The notes under the pieces were generated by a model that saw only the letters and a program-made list of their open reading frames with translations, searched no databases and was not told where the DNA came from. Below are positions 48,035 to 61,739 of a DNA stretch of 64,000 bases, piece after piece. The translations under genes and the position numbers were made by a program. The stretch's first letter is position 1. Each line of letters starts with the position of its first letter. The stretch is from Camelus ferus (taxonomy: Eukaryota), in NCBI RefSeq assembly GCF_009834535.1, contig NC_045696.1:45696001-45760000 (forward strand), written 5' to 3'.

Positions 48035-49440
48035 TCTGAAACCATCTTGAAAAACACAAAGTTGGAGGACTTAACATTTCCAATTTCAAAACTTAGTACA
48101 AAACTACAGTAATCAAAACAAGGTGGTGATGACACTAAGACTGACATACAGAACAATGGCACAAGGACTGGAATTGAGGGTCCAGAAATAAATTCATACA
48201 TTTAAGTTCAGTTTATTTGCCAGAAGGATGCCAAGACCATTCAATGGGGGATGAACAGTCTTTTCAACAAACAGTGCTGGGACCAGTGGCTATCCACATG
48301 CTAAAGAATAAATTTGGAGCCCTACCTCAGATCATGTGTAAAAATTAACTCAAAATGGATCAAGGACTGGATGTAAATGTTAAAACTATAAACTCTTAGA
48401 AGGAAACATGGGTGAAAACCTGCATTAGCTTGGATTTAGGCAGCAGTCTTTTAGATATAACACCAAAAGTAAAACAACAGAAGAAAAATTAAACTTCATC
48501 TAAACTGAAATTTTTGTGTTTCAAAGAGCACGACCAAGGAAGCGCAAAAAAAAAAAAAAATATGGAAGAAAGTATTTGCAAACTATTTATCTGATAAGGG
48601 TTTAATAACTAAAATATATAAAGGAAGCTTACAACTCATAACAAAAAGACAGATAACTAAAAATTGAGCAAAGGACTTAAATAGACATTTCTCCAAAGAA
48701 GATAAACTGCAAATGACTAACAAGCACATGAAAGGACACTCAACATTATTATTAACTATGGAAAAACAAATCAAAACCACAATGAGATACAACTTCACAC
48801 CCACTAAGATGGTTATTAAGAAAAAAACAAAACAGAAAATAACAAATAGCAGTGACAATGTAGAGAAACTGGAACTCTCTTACACTGCTGGTCGGAATGT
48901 ATAATGGTGCAGCTATTGTAGTAAATAGTTTGGCAATTCCTCAAAATGTTGAATGTAAAATTACCACATGGCCCAGCAATTCCAAGCCTAGTTTTATACC
49001 CAAGAGAATTGCAAACATGTTCAAGGAAGTTGTACGTGCATGTTCACAGCAGCATTATTCATAATATCCCAAAAGTGGGAATACTCAAAGGTCCATAAAC
49101 TGATGAATGGAAAAACACATGTACTTCCATACAATAGAATGCTAGTTAGTTATAAGAAGGAATGAAGTACTGTTCTGTGCTACAACACAGATGAACCTTA
49201 AAAACATTACTCTAAGTTAAGGAAGGCAGAGACAAATGGCCACATATTTTATGATTCCATTTATGTGAAATGAATAGGCAAATCAATAGACATATAAAGT
49301 TGGTTAGTGGTTGCCAGGGGATGAGAGGAGGCAAGAATTGAGACTAACTGCTAATATGAACAGAGTTTCTTTTTGGGGTGATGGAAATATTCCAAAATTA
49401 GACAGTTATGATGAGTGTACAATATAATGAAAGTATTACT
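48035..49440 (+). mobile_element. L1 (L1MB-like) ORF2 3' part plus 3' UTR
   Basis: 'aaagttggaggacttaacatttccaatttcaaaactt...ctacagtaatcaaaaca'. ORF 48713-48904 (NKHMKGHSTLL...QIKTTMRYNFTP) is an ORF2 C-terminal homolog. 3' UTR 'gttagtggttgccagggg'. Confidence 0.92.
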
Positions 49441-49689
49441 AAAAATAATGGAAGTATTAAAGAAGTACATGTGTTCTTTGGCAACTTCTAATAATAAATT
49501 TTCATTTATATGTTTGAGGTTAGAAATTATACTACCTGTATTTCACCCCCCCCCAAAAAAAGATAAAAATTTAATTTAAACAATGAAGGTAGTTTTTATT
49601 GGACTTACTCTTGGATAGATAAAAACTGTGAATTCTGTGTGTAAGGATTAATTTTGGCAAGAAAAATCAAAAGCATAAAGCTGAACATG

Positions 49690-50950
49690 ATATAAAAGAT
49701 ATAAAGATGTCTTGACTAATTATGTAATTCCTGTTATACCTGAAGAATTCTTACTATAGAAAAACTTGCCAGAATTAATAAGTGAATAAAGCAAAGTAAC
49801 AGAAAACAGAATGTAAAATTAAATAATATTCCTATTATGTTAGAGACAAACATTTGCAAAATGAAATTAGATTATATATACCATTTATGATAACCTCAAA
49901 ACACAGAATTATTAGCAAAATAAATTAACAAACAAGTAGATCACTCCACTAGATCAGTGAAACCCTCATGGTATATACTAAAGCCTACTTTACTGCCCTT
50001 CCCAACCTCATGCTCAGTCACACCACATCAGTAACTAGAAATGAATCATAGGAGAATTCATGTCATGAAAATTGGCAAATGCTACACATGAGAGCTGTGT
50101 GTCCTAAACATTTATCAGCATAACCACTGAGAATAGTTAAATAAATAACGAGATATTCAATGTTTATGGATTAGTAGACTCAATATTATTAATGTATTAA
50201 TCATCAATAATTGATTTGTAGGTTTCATGCCCATTCAAGCAACTTTTTTGGTAGAAAATAGCAAAATTGTTTAAAAATGTAGATAGAAATACTAAAGACA
50301 TATAATAGCCACAACAAAATTATAAAAGAAAAATAAAATTGAAAGATTTCTAAGGACACAAAATGCACTAACCATCAATAAATTGGCCCTTATAAAAATA
50401 AAAAATACTCTCTTTTCAAAAGACAATGTTAAGAAATGAAAAGAGAAACAAAAATATTGGGTAAAATATATACAATATGTATATGTAAGAGTATAGTAAT
50501 ATCAGGACATATAAAGAACACCAATAATACAATGATGAAAAAACAAATGATGCAATAAAAATAGGTGAATGTTTTCAATAGGCACTTACCAAATAAGACA
50601 AAAATAGTAATATACACAAAAAAGGTACTGAATGTTATTCAGTTACAAGACCCATAAATTAAAATCACAATGAAATAAAATATTGTTACTAGCATACCTA
50701 AAATAAAAAGTAATCACAATACTAAGCACCATAGGATGGTAAAGCTACTGAAACGCTCAGAGAATTACTATGGGAATGCAAAATAGTATCAACACTAAAG
50801 AGAATTATGAGACAGTTTCTCATACTCTTAAATATTTACCTTACCTCTGACCCCATAATCCCACCCCTAGCCATTTACCAAATAGAAATACTAATATAGT
50901 CACAAAAATATGTCTCATGACATATTGAAACACAGGTGAACATGACACCA
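49690..50950 (+). mobile_element. Degraded old L1 ORF2 fragments
   Basis: 'tgtttatggattagtagactcaatattatt', 'aaattaaaatcacaatgaaata', 'ctctgaccccataatcccacccctag'. Confidence 0.65.
49955..50129 (-). mobile_element. MER63-like (hAT-Blackjack) MITE nested in L1
   Basis: Minus strand 'cagtggttatgctgataaatgttta...tgtagcatttgccaatttc...gttgggaag'. Confidence 0.65.
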
Positions 50951-50989
50951 AAACACTGGAAAAAATATCTAAACATGAAAATAGCACAG

Positions 50990-52070
50990 AAACAAACAAA
51001 TAAAAATGAAATATATGAAAAAATGAGGTGAAGAAACAGAGAAACAGATTAGGAGATTCAACACAGATCTAAGGACAGAGTAGTTATATTAGAAGAAATA
51101 ATGGCTAAGAAAATTCTGAAACTGATGAAAAACATCAATGATCAGATTCAAGATTTCTGTGTCCTGTGCAGAAAAAAACAGAGACCACCACCAGACAATA
51201 GGGTGAAAATGCAGACCAAAAGCAAAGTCAAGATTTAGAAGCAACCAAAGGAAAATGCAATTTGACAGTTACTTAACTTTTTAATATCAACAATAAGCAA
51301 AAACCTTTAAAGTGCAGAGTGAAGAGAGGACGTATTATTTTTATAACATTATTATGCAAAATTGCAAAGAGTCTTTACCATCAAAAAACCTTCACTAAGA
51401 GACACTTTTAAAGTAAGTACTTCAGGAAAAAGATTTCAAAAGGAAAATATAAGATTCAAGAATGAATAATAATGAACAAAAATCACATTATTTATTTGGT
51501 TAAACCTTAACAAACATAAATAATATAAAACAATAACGTATAATTTGTGGGGCAAAGAAAAAAATAGCAAAGAAATATTTGACCAAAATAGCATGTAAAT
51601 TGCAAGGAATTAAATGAAGTTAAAATACTCTTGGATTTTTGTTTTATTCAGGGAGATAGTAATGATAGTGCTTAATTGTAGATCTTGTTTAAATGTGTAT
51701 CAAAATTTCTATAATAACCACTAAAAGAATATTAATAGGCTAAATGATACTAGAACAATACTAAAAAAAGATACTAAAAGAAAGTGTATAACTTCCAAAA
51801 AAGTGATGAGAAAATAGACAAAATTTACAAAACTGATCATAAACTAAGCCTGGATCTTTTCAGTAACACAAAAGATTTGATATGCTAAAAAAAAAAACTA
51901 TATACTCATAAAAAGGAGCTGAAACCTAAAATGCTCGTATTAAAAAAGACGGAATAGATGAATTAAGAAATTGGAAAAAGAATCCAACTATATCCACATA
52001 AAGCAGAAGGAAGAAAAACAAAGAGCAAATATTTCTGAAGTAAAACACAAAAGTATCCAAGAATAAAATA
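50990..52070 (+). mobile_element. Degraded old L1 ORF1 to ORF2-start region
   Basis: 'gaagaaataatggctaagaaaattctgaaactgatgaaaaacatcaatgatcagattcaaga' is ORF1-like. 'aagcagaaggaag' and nearby sequence are ORF2-like. Confidence 0.65.
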
Positions 52071-54149
52071 AGCGATTGAATGTGGTGGCTCTAGATTGAA
52101 AGCTGAGGGCGGAGACACAATAACCCAAGAACTGCTCAAGTCAGTCCTGCTGTGTCCTTGTCCACCTACCACACCTGCCTAGGTCACTGCTTCCTTGTAT
52201 CTGAGCTGGTGCAAAACAGGACCCACAGAGTGGGTGAGAGAAGGAAAGAAGGAGAGAGCACACAGAACTGGGAGCTAAGCTTGAGATGATTTCCAGTGCC
52301 ACTGCCACCTGAAATAAAGGAGTGCCACATGGCAGCTGGGATTGTGCTTTTGCATTTACCTGGAAAAACAAACTGCTCCTCCTAAGACTTTGCAACATCT
52401 CTGACTAGGGCATCGTGCATTGCCCAGGCTTTCAGATGGGGGCTCTCAGCCGTTACTAACTGCTTGAAATATTTATGGTTTTACAGTGGTGTTTTACGAT
52501 GTATATGCTCCCACAGGCCTTGGTGAGTAGTGTGCCTTATGAATTTATTGAATTTCAAAACAGATTTATATATTTCCTTTTGGCTATGCTTTATTGGGTG
52601 CTTGCTCCTAAATCGACGCATAGAAGATGGTGCTGGCTGGAGGGTAACTTGCCAATCTCTACAGGCTAACGAGCAAAGTGAGAAACAGCAAAACATTTCA
52701 AACTGAATGGAAATTCATCTTGGGGTAAGCACACAACTGAGAAGAGGAATGCTGAATGCTTGCTTATGAGTAGTGTGCTTGTAAGAGACACTTGCTTAAT
52801 CTCACCTTGTAAATGGAGTTGGTGACTCACAACTTATGCCCAACATGGCAAAAGAATTCACGTTGCAGAATATTATGCAAAATGCAGGCCTGACAATGGG
52901 TAGTATATTATTATATTCTAATACACCCTAAAAAGTTGAATAAAATAGAAATTGATAAAAAGACTTTTCAGAAGCTCTCATTTGCAACCTCTCATACTAC
53001 CAAAAAATCTTATACATGTGTATATATGTTACATATGTATGTATTCATATATATTCTTATATAGAAATATACATGCTTTTCCAAGTAACAAGGAATAAAA
53101 CCATTTTTACTGTTTTGATTAATGAAAGTCCTTATTATAGTTAGTGTTTCTCTTCTCATAATAGAAGTATTTCTACATCACTCGAAATTTAAAAATGACC
53201 CTTTCTTCTACAACTTGGATAACTGGGACAGGGAAACACGAATTTTTTGGTGGGGGTAGGGATCTTCTTTGAGTCAGGCATTTGGTTGTCACTTCCTTCT
53301 AAGAAAAAAATTTCCCAGAGAATAGAAAATAATTACAAATGTTTGGTCTGAGGTCTTTGAAAGTATATCTGACATGAGCTCTTTTATGCTCACAGATTCA
53401 GACTGAATTCACTGGAATGACAGTAGCATAGCTAAAGGGTTTGCAACACAATTTCCCATCAGACAAGAATCTTGGAGAAGCAGGTTAAAAGGATCCTTTT
53501 GGTTTCTTTCTGACATTTCCCTCTTGAAAGAGCCAGGATTAATATTTTTAGTATTTTTAAATTTAAACCAAAAAATGTTTAAAAGAACAGATAAAGTTAT
53601 ATATGAAGGTCAGTTATGTCAGGAATAGGAAGATCTTAATACTGCATTCATTTCTAGGCAATCAGACATGTTCTATAAATGTATGAAATAAAGACAGAAA
53701 TCATAGTTCAAGGGCAAATTTTCTATGGATTTAGAGTTTTATACTTTCTTCTTTTGTCCTATGAAAGTGCTATATAAGACAGTGTCTGATCAGAATTACT
53801 TTCTTTACAGTCATAGAGCAAGAGAAGTTTAATCTGAAAATCTACCAGCTACGTATTTCATTAATATATGTATTATTCTTTCTGGCGGCCACCTGAGATG
53901 GGTGTGATATTTAAGTGCCTCCAGGCATTGTATGCTGTCAATAGTTTTGTATGTGCATCTCTGGACTTGAGGCTCTGATAGATCTTACTGTACTCTTGTA
54001 AGAAATTGAATACATTTCTTTTGTTATGTGACTCTGACTTCCATTCTACAACTCAGAGATAAAGAAGAGAGGATCTTTACTCTCAAAGCCTGACTTGGCA
54101 GTTCCTCAATTGATGTCTGGAAATACCTGATAATTGCTAATCAGCATAT

Positions 54150-54328
54150 TGTATTAGTTCTTTTTTTTTTTTTAAGTTTTGCAGGAATTTTTTCAAGCTT
54201 CATTGAGATATAATTGACGTAACATTGCATAAGTTTAAGGTATACAGTGTGATGACTTCATATATATACATATTGTGAATTACCACAATAACATTACTTA
54301 ACACATCCATCATCTTATATAGTTATAA

Positions 54329-54383
<55 letters not shown>

Positions 54384-55546
54384 ATAACTTTTAAGGTCAA
54401 CTTTTTTTAGCAACTTTCAAATGTAAAATACAGCATTGTTAACTACAGTTACCATGTGGTACATTCCATCCCAGGAACTTATTTGTCTTATAACTGATAC
54501 CCTTTGACCACCTCCACCCATTTCACCCACTTACCCACACTCTCTGACGTAGGGAACCATCAATCTATTCTTTTTTTTACAAGTTTGGTTTCATTAGATT
54601 CCAAATATAAATAAGATCATATGTACTTGTCTTTTTCTCTCTGACTTGTTTCACTTAGCACAATGACTCAAGGTTTATTCATGTTGCTGCATAGTGCAGG
54701 ATTTTCTTTTTCAAGGCTGAATAATATTCCATTATATATTTTTATATATGTATATGGAACTGCATTATTCATTCATCCATCAATGGACACTTAGGTTGTT
54801 TCTATGTCTTGGCTATTACAAATAATGCTGAAACATGGGGGTGCAGATATCTCTTTGAGACAGCGATTTCATTTCCTTCAGATATACACCCAGAAGTGGA
54901 ATTGCTGGATCATATGGTAGTTCTATTTTTTTAAGATTCTGAGGATTCTTTGTATGGTTTTCCATAGTGACTGTACCAATTTGCATTCCCACTAGCAGTG
55001 CGCAAGAGTTCTCTTTTCTCCACATCCTTACCCACAGTTCTGTAAGTCAGAGATTGGGCATGGCAAAACTGGATTCTCATCTTGAAATCAGAAGACTAAA
55101 ATCATGGTATCAAACCAGTCTAAATCTGCAGTTGGAGGCCCTGGGGGAAAATCTGCATCCAAGTTCATTCTTCTTATTGGCATAATTCAGTTCCTTGCAG
55201 TTGGAGGACTGTGCCCCCGTGTCCTTGCCATGTGTCAGCAGGAGCTACATTCTTTGACATTTAGCCTCCTCCAACTTCACGTCAGTAATGGTGTGTCAAA
55301 TCCTCCTAGAGCTTTGAATCTCTCCCTCTTGGGAGAGCCCAGGCCCTTTTAAGAGCCCATCTGATTACGTCAGGTGCAGATAAATTTCCTATTTCCTTTC
55401 ATAAAGATTTGGGCCCTTAATTATATCTGCAAAATACCTTTACAACAGCTCCTAAATCAGTGTTTGATTAAATAACTGATGCAATTAATTACTTAGAACT
55501 AGTAACTGAAGATACTGAGGGCCAACTTAGAATTCTGCCTGCCACA
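54150..55546 (-). mobile_element. MLT1D/E-type MaLR LTR with perfect 5-bp TSD (CATAT), interrupted by L1
   Basis: catat|tgtattagtt (54145-54159) ... acagttctgtaagtcaga...ggcataattcagttccttgcagtt...aattctgcctgccaca|catat (55547-55551). Confidence 0.85.
54161..55034 (-). mobile_element. L1MA-type 3' end with poly(T) tail and internal (TG)n(AG)n at 54328-54379
   Basis: 'ttgagatataattgac...agtttaaggtatacagtgtgatga'. ORF 54816-55025 (IELPYDPAIPLLGVYLKEMKS) is the L1 ORF2 C-terminus. Confidence 0.92.
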
Positions 55547-55599
55547 CATATATTTGAATATTTCCTTAACAGCCACTTTGTTACTTCCAGAATCAGCTC

Positions 55600-55733
55600 A
55601 TGCTGTATTTTATAAACACAAGACTAGCTCCTTTCTTGACTATGAATTCCTTGATGGCAACATGCATGTTTTACTTAGTTTGGTACTTATACCAGGAACT
55701 CACACCAATCTTTGCACAATAAATGATAGTTTG
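55600..55733 (+). mobile_element. L2 3' tail fragment (target of the adjacent L1)
   Basis: 'gactatgaattccttgatggca...cacaataaatga', resuming after the L1 as 'gatagacaaatgaa'. Confidence 0.5.
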
Positions 55734-56213
55734 TTTTATTTTACTTTATTTTTTATTGACATATAGTTGATTTACAATACTGTGTTAGTTTCTGGTGAAC
55801 AGCAAATTGATTCAGTTATACATATGTATACATACTCTTTTTCACAGTCTTTTCCATTATGGTTGATTACAGGATACTGAGTATAGTTCTCTGTGCTATA
55901 GTAGGACCTTGTTGCTTATCTATTTCATATATAGTAGTTTATCTATTTCATATACAGTAGCTTGTATCTGCTAATTACAAACTCCTAATCTATCTATTCC
56001 CCATCCCTTTTCCCCTTTGGTAACCATAAATTTGTTTTCTATGTCTGTGAGTCTTTTTCTGTTCTGTAAATAAGTTCATTTGTGTCTTATTTTAGATTCT
56101 ACATATAAGTGATATCATATGATATTTGTCTTTCTCTTTCCGACTTACTTCACTTAATGTGATCATCTTTTTAAGTCCACCCATGTTGCTGCAAATAGCA
56201 TTATTTCATTCTT
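55734..56213 (-). mobile_element. Artiodactyl-type L1 3' end with 10-bp TSD
   Basis: 'tatagttgatttacaatactgtgttagtttctggtgaacagcaaattgattcagttatac'. TSD tgatagtttg at 55724-55733 and 56214-56223. Confidence 0.92.
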
Positions 56214-56907
56214 TGATAGTTTGATAGACAAATGAAAACTCACATTTTCAAAAAAAAAAAAATTGCCTATCCGGCTAAAAAGTCCATTTCTGCAGATCTA
56301 ATTCATCCTGCCTTTTTGGAGTCACAAAGAACACAGCTAATCTCTATTTCAAATATTTTAAATCATGATATTTTCCATCTTTGAGTTTTTTCATCTCTAG
56401 AACACATATCTCTAATGTCATCGTCTTTCAATCAAAGCATGATTTTCAATCACCATTATCATCCTATTAATATTTTCTTGGACATTTTAATTTACTTTGA
56501 TTTTAGTGCCTACAACTGAACATAATTCTCTCTATGCTTTTAGCAATATTGTTGTGATTTATTTGTTTATGCAAAGTGCAATAAGGTTATCATTAGTTGA
56601 ACTAGAACTCCATACCTCTACTGAATCAGCAGTTTAAAGCGGCAATAGCATTTTTAGAAATCATATTAAAAAGGTTGACTCATTGAGTCTATAATCTATA
56701 GTTTATTTTATCTTAACTTTTTTACATGTACTACTCTGAATTGTGACTCCTCAAAAGTAGATACTTTTAGGTCCAAAGTATATTGATTCTTATTAGATTT
56801 CATCATTAGATTTAGCCTCTCATCCAAAGACTTTAATAGTTCTTGAGATCCTGAATGTGGCCATTGAATACATCACTGGTACACCTTATCTTTCTTTTCT
56901 TTCTCCC

Positions 56908-57437
56908 TAAAGGGGTTCGGAGCATGTCGTCCAAAATATGCTGCTTTGACATATTGACAATTTTGAGTTCAAAGACTTGAGAAATATCAGATGCAAGAAG
57001 AGCACTCTGACCCCTATTTTTTCTTCCTAAAAGCAAAAGAGAAAACCCCTAGACAGAAGGTGCCTTCCCTGTACCTGGAGAGAGGAAAATATTCCTTTCA
57101 CCAGAGAGGTGACTGAAGGCCAAGAAATCTATACAAAAAACCTTGTCAAGCTAGCCCCATCTTCCTAGTCACTTCTCCACAACTAACTACCCGTAGCTCA
57201 AACCATTTGTCTTATCAATCCTTCACAAACTTACTGTTTCCTTGCCTGAAAGGCATAAAAGCTTTTTGCCCTGGCCACTTTTTTGGGTCTCCAACCTCCC
57301 GTGAAGGCTCCTGTGTACAGGTAAAATTTTAATAAATCTTGTGTGCTTTTCTCCTATTAATCTGTTTTATAACAATTTAATTCTCAAGCTCATTCAGAAA
57401 CCATGAAAGAGTAGAGGACAATTTTTCTTCCCCCACA
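56908..57437 (+). mobile_element. MER34-family ERV1 solo LTR
   Basis: 'aaggggttcggagcatgtcgtccaaaatatgctgctttgacatattgacaattttgagtt', TATA-like 'gcataaaa', polyA signal 'aataaatcttgtgtgcttttctcctattaatctg', and end 'ttcttcccccaca'. Confidence 0.8.
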
Positions 57438-57760
57438 TAGTCACAGCCCCATTGTTTGCATGTCCTTTTCAATTTACATCTCTCACTTACTCACGTATTC
57501 TTTTAACTAAAATGCAAACTCAAATAATACCAAGAAGAACAGCGGTCTGGCCTCTATTTTGACCTTAAGAAGCAGCATTCAGACAGTTACCAAGATACAT
57601 AACTGTATTATTTCCCAGTAGATATTTCCACCTTTCAGCTAAAATAACTTTTAAATACTTATACAATTCGGATAAATTATATCTACAACACTTTCTAACC
57701 AACCAAATGAGTTATTTCAACACTACTTGTCAAAAAATTACTATTAAACATTAAGAAGGT

Positions 57761-57891
57761 GAGAGGAGAGTATAGCTCAGTGGTAGAGTGCATGCCTAGT
57801 ATGCATGAGGCCCTGGGTTCAAGCTCCAGTACCTCCATTAAATAAATAGATGAATAAACCTAATTAATTCCTTCCTCCCATCAAATTAATA

Positions 57892-57934
<43 letters not shown>

Positions 57935-57935
57935 A
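57761..57935 (+). mobile_element. Camelid tRNA-derived SINE (Vic-1 type) with (AAAT)n tail
   Basis: A box TAGCTCAGTGG (57773-57783), B box GGTTCAAG (57816-57823), 'gagtgcatgcctagtatgcatgagg', 'cagtacctcc'. Confidence 0.9.
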
Positions 57936-58517
57936 TTCTTTTTAAAATTAAGAAAACATTTATTGAACATCAGTTCTAACCTAAGCGTTGAATTAGAAGC
58001 ACACAAAAATTAGAATTTTGCTATGCCTTTGTTTTTCCACTTAGTTAAACAGATACGGCCTGCCTACAGAAGGCATGTTTTGAGATATAATTAACTTAGA
58101 AATGTGAATTTGACCATAAAATGGGAAATAAATAGTATTTCAATTTTTTTTCAGAATTGTTGTATAATATATGTAGACAAATGTATTTTATACGTCTTTT
58201 TCTGAAGTATCCACATATAATTTTTATTGAATTTTTAGATAACCATTATTTACTAGTTGATGAGAATTTACATTTCCTTCTTATTAGCATTCCATTATTA
58301 TCCATAGTGTTTAATTTACTGATTGGGCTAATAATTGGTCCACCCGTCAATCATGTACTGTATCCTGATACAGGAAGCATACTATGCTAGGTAATTCTTA
58401 GTTAACTTAAAGATAAGTAACAAGAGCTTTCCTCACAGAACTTAAAAATGTGATATGTACCACTAGAAAATATCACCAATGTGGGAGACAGAGAGATCAC
58501 ATCCAGGTACCACCTAT

Positions 58518-58900
58518 TCAATAAACTCTTATCAAGAATTTACTATGGGTGAATAATTGTGATAGGCACTGGAGATAAAGAGATAAAAAACAGTCCCTAT
58601 CTCTAAGGCCTTTACCATCTATGCATAACATCATAAATATTCTCCTGGAACTGGCGGCTTTTGAGCTGCTCTCTAGGCTATATGGTATGCATGATAAATT
58701 TGTAGCAAGGAAACATTGAAGGTAAAAAGACAATTTAGAGGCTATCAGAATAGTCCAGGCAAAAAATAATGAGGTTATGAATTTAGGTAACTGTTAGAAA
58801 ATGCATAGTTAGAGGCCAGATGTGAGAGGATTGACTGGACAAAGTAGTCACTGAATGCAAAGGAGAAGAAATGGAATAAATCAAACATGCCCCATGTTAA
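58518..58900 (-). mobile_element. L2 LINE fragment
   Basis: 'gataggcactggagataaagagataaaaaacagtccctatctcta' and 'gaggctatcagaatagtccaggcaaaaaataatgagg'. Confidence 0.7.
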
Positions 58901-59117
58901 TCAGTGTGTCTATGAAACTGATTCTTTGACTAGAAATACAGGATTTAAGGAGAGAAATTTAAGATTAAATATCCCTTTGAGATAAATGACTATCATGAAA
59001 AAGATAATCCTTTTGAATGATCTGGAATGATCTGAAACGATAGAATATTGTATGTTGTCACTAAATTTTTAATTCCCAGGATGCTTCCTTACACGTAACA
59101 GGGGTTCGGATACTGGA

Positions 59118-59330
59118 GAAGCAATACAGCATGAAGGTTAACGGTCTAGGCTCTAGAATCAGGCTGCATGGATTTGAATCCTTACAAGCTGAGTGAAGTG
59201 GGCCAGTTGCTTAACAGTATGTACCTCTGTTCCCTCATCTGTAAAATGAAGAACCTCTAAAGATTCTCATGGGGAATAAATGAATTAATACACTTTAAAC
59301 AATGCTCGGCACATAATAAGCACTCAACAC
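59118..59330 (+). mobile_element. MIR SINE
   Basis: 'ggctctagaatcaggctgcatggatttgaatcct...cctctgttccctcatctgtaaaatg...aaatgaattaatac...aagcactcaa'. Confidence 0.85.
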
Positions 59331-59344
59331 ATCCACCCTTTAAC

Positions 59345-60305
59345 CTATATTGCCATCTGGACTAGATTCTTGAACGCCAGGCTTAAATATACAGCTGACT
59401 ACTTGACATCTAGCTTAAACTCAACAGGTACAAAAATGAATGTTTTAGGTGCAATTCCTCTCTATCTACCTAAAATGAACTTGCTTCTTTCCCTATATTT
59501 CCTTTGGAGGAAGCTGCAGTTTCGGAAACCTGAAAGTCTCTTTCTCCCCAGATACACCTAATCAATTAGCAAATCCTGAAGACTATTTCCTTATCAGCCT
59601 CTGATCTGTCCTAATTATTCTTACTCATAGCCATTTTTTTGTTCAAACCACACTAGCTCCCTTATGCAGCACTACAGTAGACACCTATTTGGTCTCTGGC
59701 TTTCACATCTTCCACTACATATTTGCCTAGACAATATCTCTAAAATCCAAATCTTATCATGCCATTTCCCTGATTAAAACACCTCAGAAGCTGGCCATCC
59801 CTTATGATACAGAATAGACTTGTCATAAAAAGATCTTCTACCTCCTCTGCATGCTTGGGATCTTGTGTATCATGACATTTTTACTCCAATCACAATCTCC
59901 AGCGACATCACACTACTGACAGTTCTCGGACAGAAACAAGATGTTTCCAGCCTCCCATCTTCACTTACACCATTCCTATTGGTGGTGATCCCCATTCCCT
60001 CTTCTCCTTAGTCTTCCTAATTCTATGGAAGCTATGGTCATCTGTCAAAACTCACCTCAAGGGTCACCTTTTCTCTGAAACCTTATGGATTATTCTTCCT
60101 ATCATCTGTCTAGCACTTTCTGTGATCTGTCTTCTTGGAAGCCCGCATTATAACCTGCACATTTGCCTATCAGACCACATGTAAACTTAATTGAATCAAT
60201 GTACTTAAATGTGTGTTCTACTTCATTAACTTTCAAATATACTTACTTGAATTTGTAACACTGCCTAGTACATAGATCATGCAATACATGTAGAATAAAT
60301 GTTTG
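59345..60305 (+). mobile_element. L2 LINE fragment
   Basis: 'ctaaaatccaaatcttatcatgccatttccctgattaaaacacctcag' and 'ctcacctcaagggtcaccttttctctgaaacctt'. Confidence 0.7.
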
Positions 60306-61739
60306 ACACATAACTTTATAACTTTATAACTAACTCAGTTAAGGTGACAGCCATAGTTTTCATAAAAGGCAATTAATAAGTCTAGAAAAAGTACTGGGGA
60401 TGGGTTAGGATTTCTAGTCCCTTAACAGATTCCTAAGGTAAGTTATAAAGCATAATGCTAGAGAGAAGAACATTTTTTATAAAGAAACAAAAGTGAATTA
60501 ATTTTAAGTTCAAAATCATTTGTTTGGTAGTTGGCATAAATTATTCCCTTCACATTTTGATCACCTCTTTCCGAAGTAAAAATGTCATCAATAGAATTTT
60601 ACTTCCTGTTGTGTTCTTCCTAAACTTAAATTTCTACTAGTAAATTCAACCTGATTAAAACATCTTAAAACATCCTATTAGGTAACTTATAAAGTGGGAA
60701 ACAATTAGCAATTAATATTTTCTTAAGTTATGTGCCTCTCTTAATAATCCTAGAGGAACCAAGTAACAACTGTAATAAACTTTTAGATCTTATTTCAAAA
60801 GATAATCATTATTGAAGACTATCTTTAACTCCTATAAATTTCCAGCCAAAATATTTCATGTTCCCCTTCCTTTAATTCTGAAATGTTTCATTTATATTCT
60901 AAGTGAAATAATATTTTAATCAGAGAAAATATAAATGTATTTTCTCTGAAAATAGAGGAAAAAAATATTATAGTACCACAACACAGAAGTCATATAACAA
61001 TGCAAATTACTCTATTCAAGATTTTTCACGTTAACTCTCAGGTCAATAAATAACATAGAAAAGACTCTTTCAGACCATTTAAACCTTTCTAGTGTAGAGT
61101 CTCATTTACTCTGTGACTCTAAGTTCTAATAAACCAAGTTATTTTGTAAACACAATCAGTATCTTGGTCCTTTTACGGGGCAAATAAGTTATTGGCAAAT
61201 TGGTACATTTCCCAGTTAATGGCATAGAATTAAATTAAAATACATCATATAAATGGTATTAATACACTCTGTGATTGAATCGCTTAAGAAAAATGATAAT
61301 TAAAGTTATGCACCACTGAGTTCACCAGCAAATGCCCAAACTGACATAGGAAACTTAAAAGACAATTTTTTCCACTTTACAAATTAGACTGCAAGTTAGT
61401 GGTAGTATTCAAAAGAAAACAAATTTCTACAAGATGAGTACCTTACTAGTTTGCAAAACTACTACATCAGATAACAAGAAGCAGGTTCATGATAAAGGGC
61501 ACACCTGAATCCCAGAGACTAAATACCACCACAGTTTTTGCTTTCTTTTCAATGCTTAGCACCACAAAGGAGTTCTCCAAATTTCAGCTTCAGTTCTGTT
61601 AATTCACTTAGCATTCACTCCTCACTCAACTCTAGTTTGGATTTTCTCTTCTCTGAAATGAAAGTTCTCTTGCTAAATTTATACATGGTCTTATGTTATG
61701 ACACCAAAGAATCTTCCAGCAGCACATGGCTGAGCACAA

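Noticed and set aside
57765..57837. tRNA gene (also 7772-7843)
   Set aside because: The tRNA-like head is followed by a SINE body and A-rich tail, so these are SINEs and not functional tRNAs.
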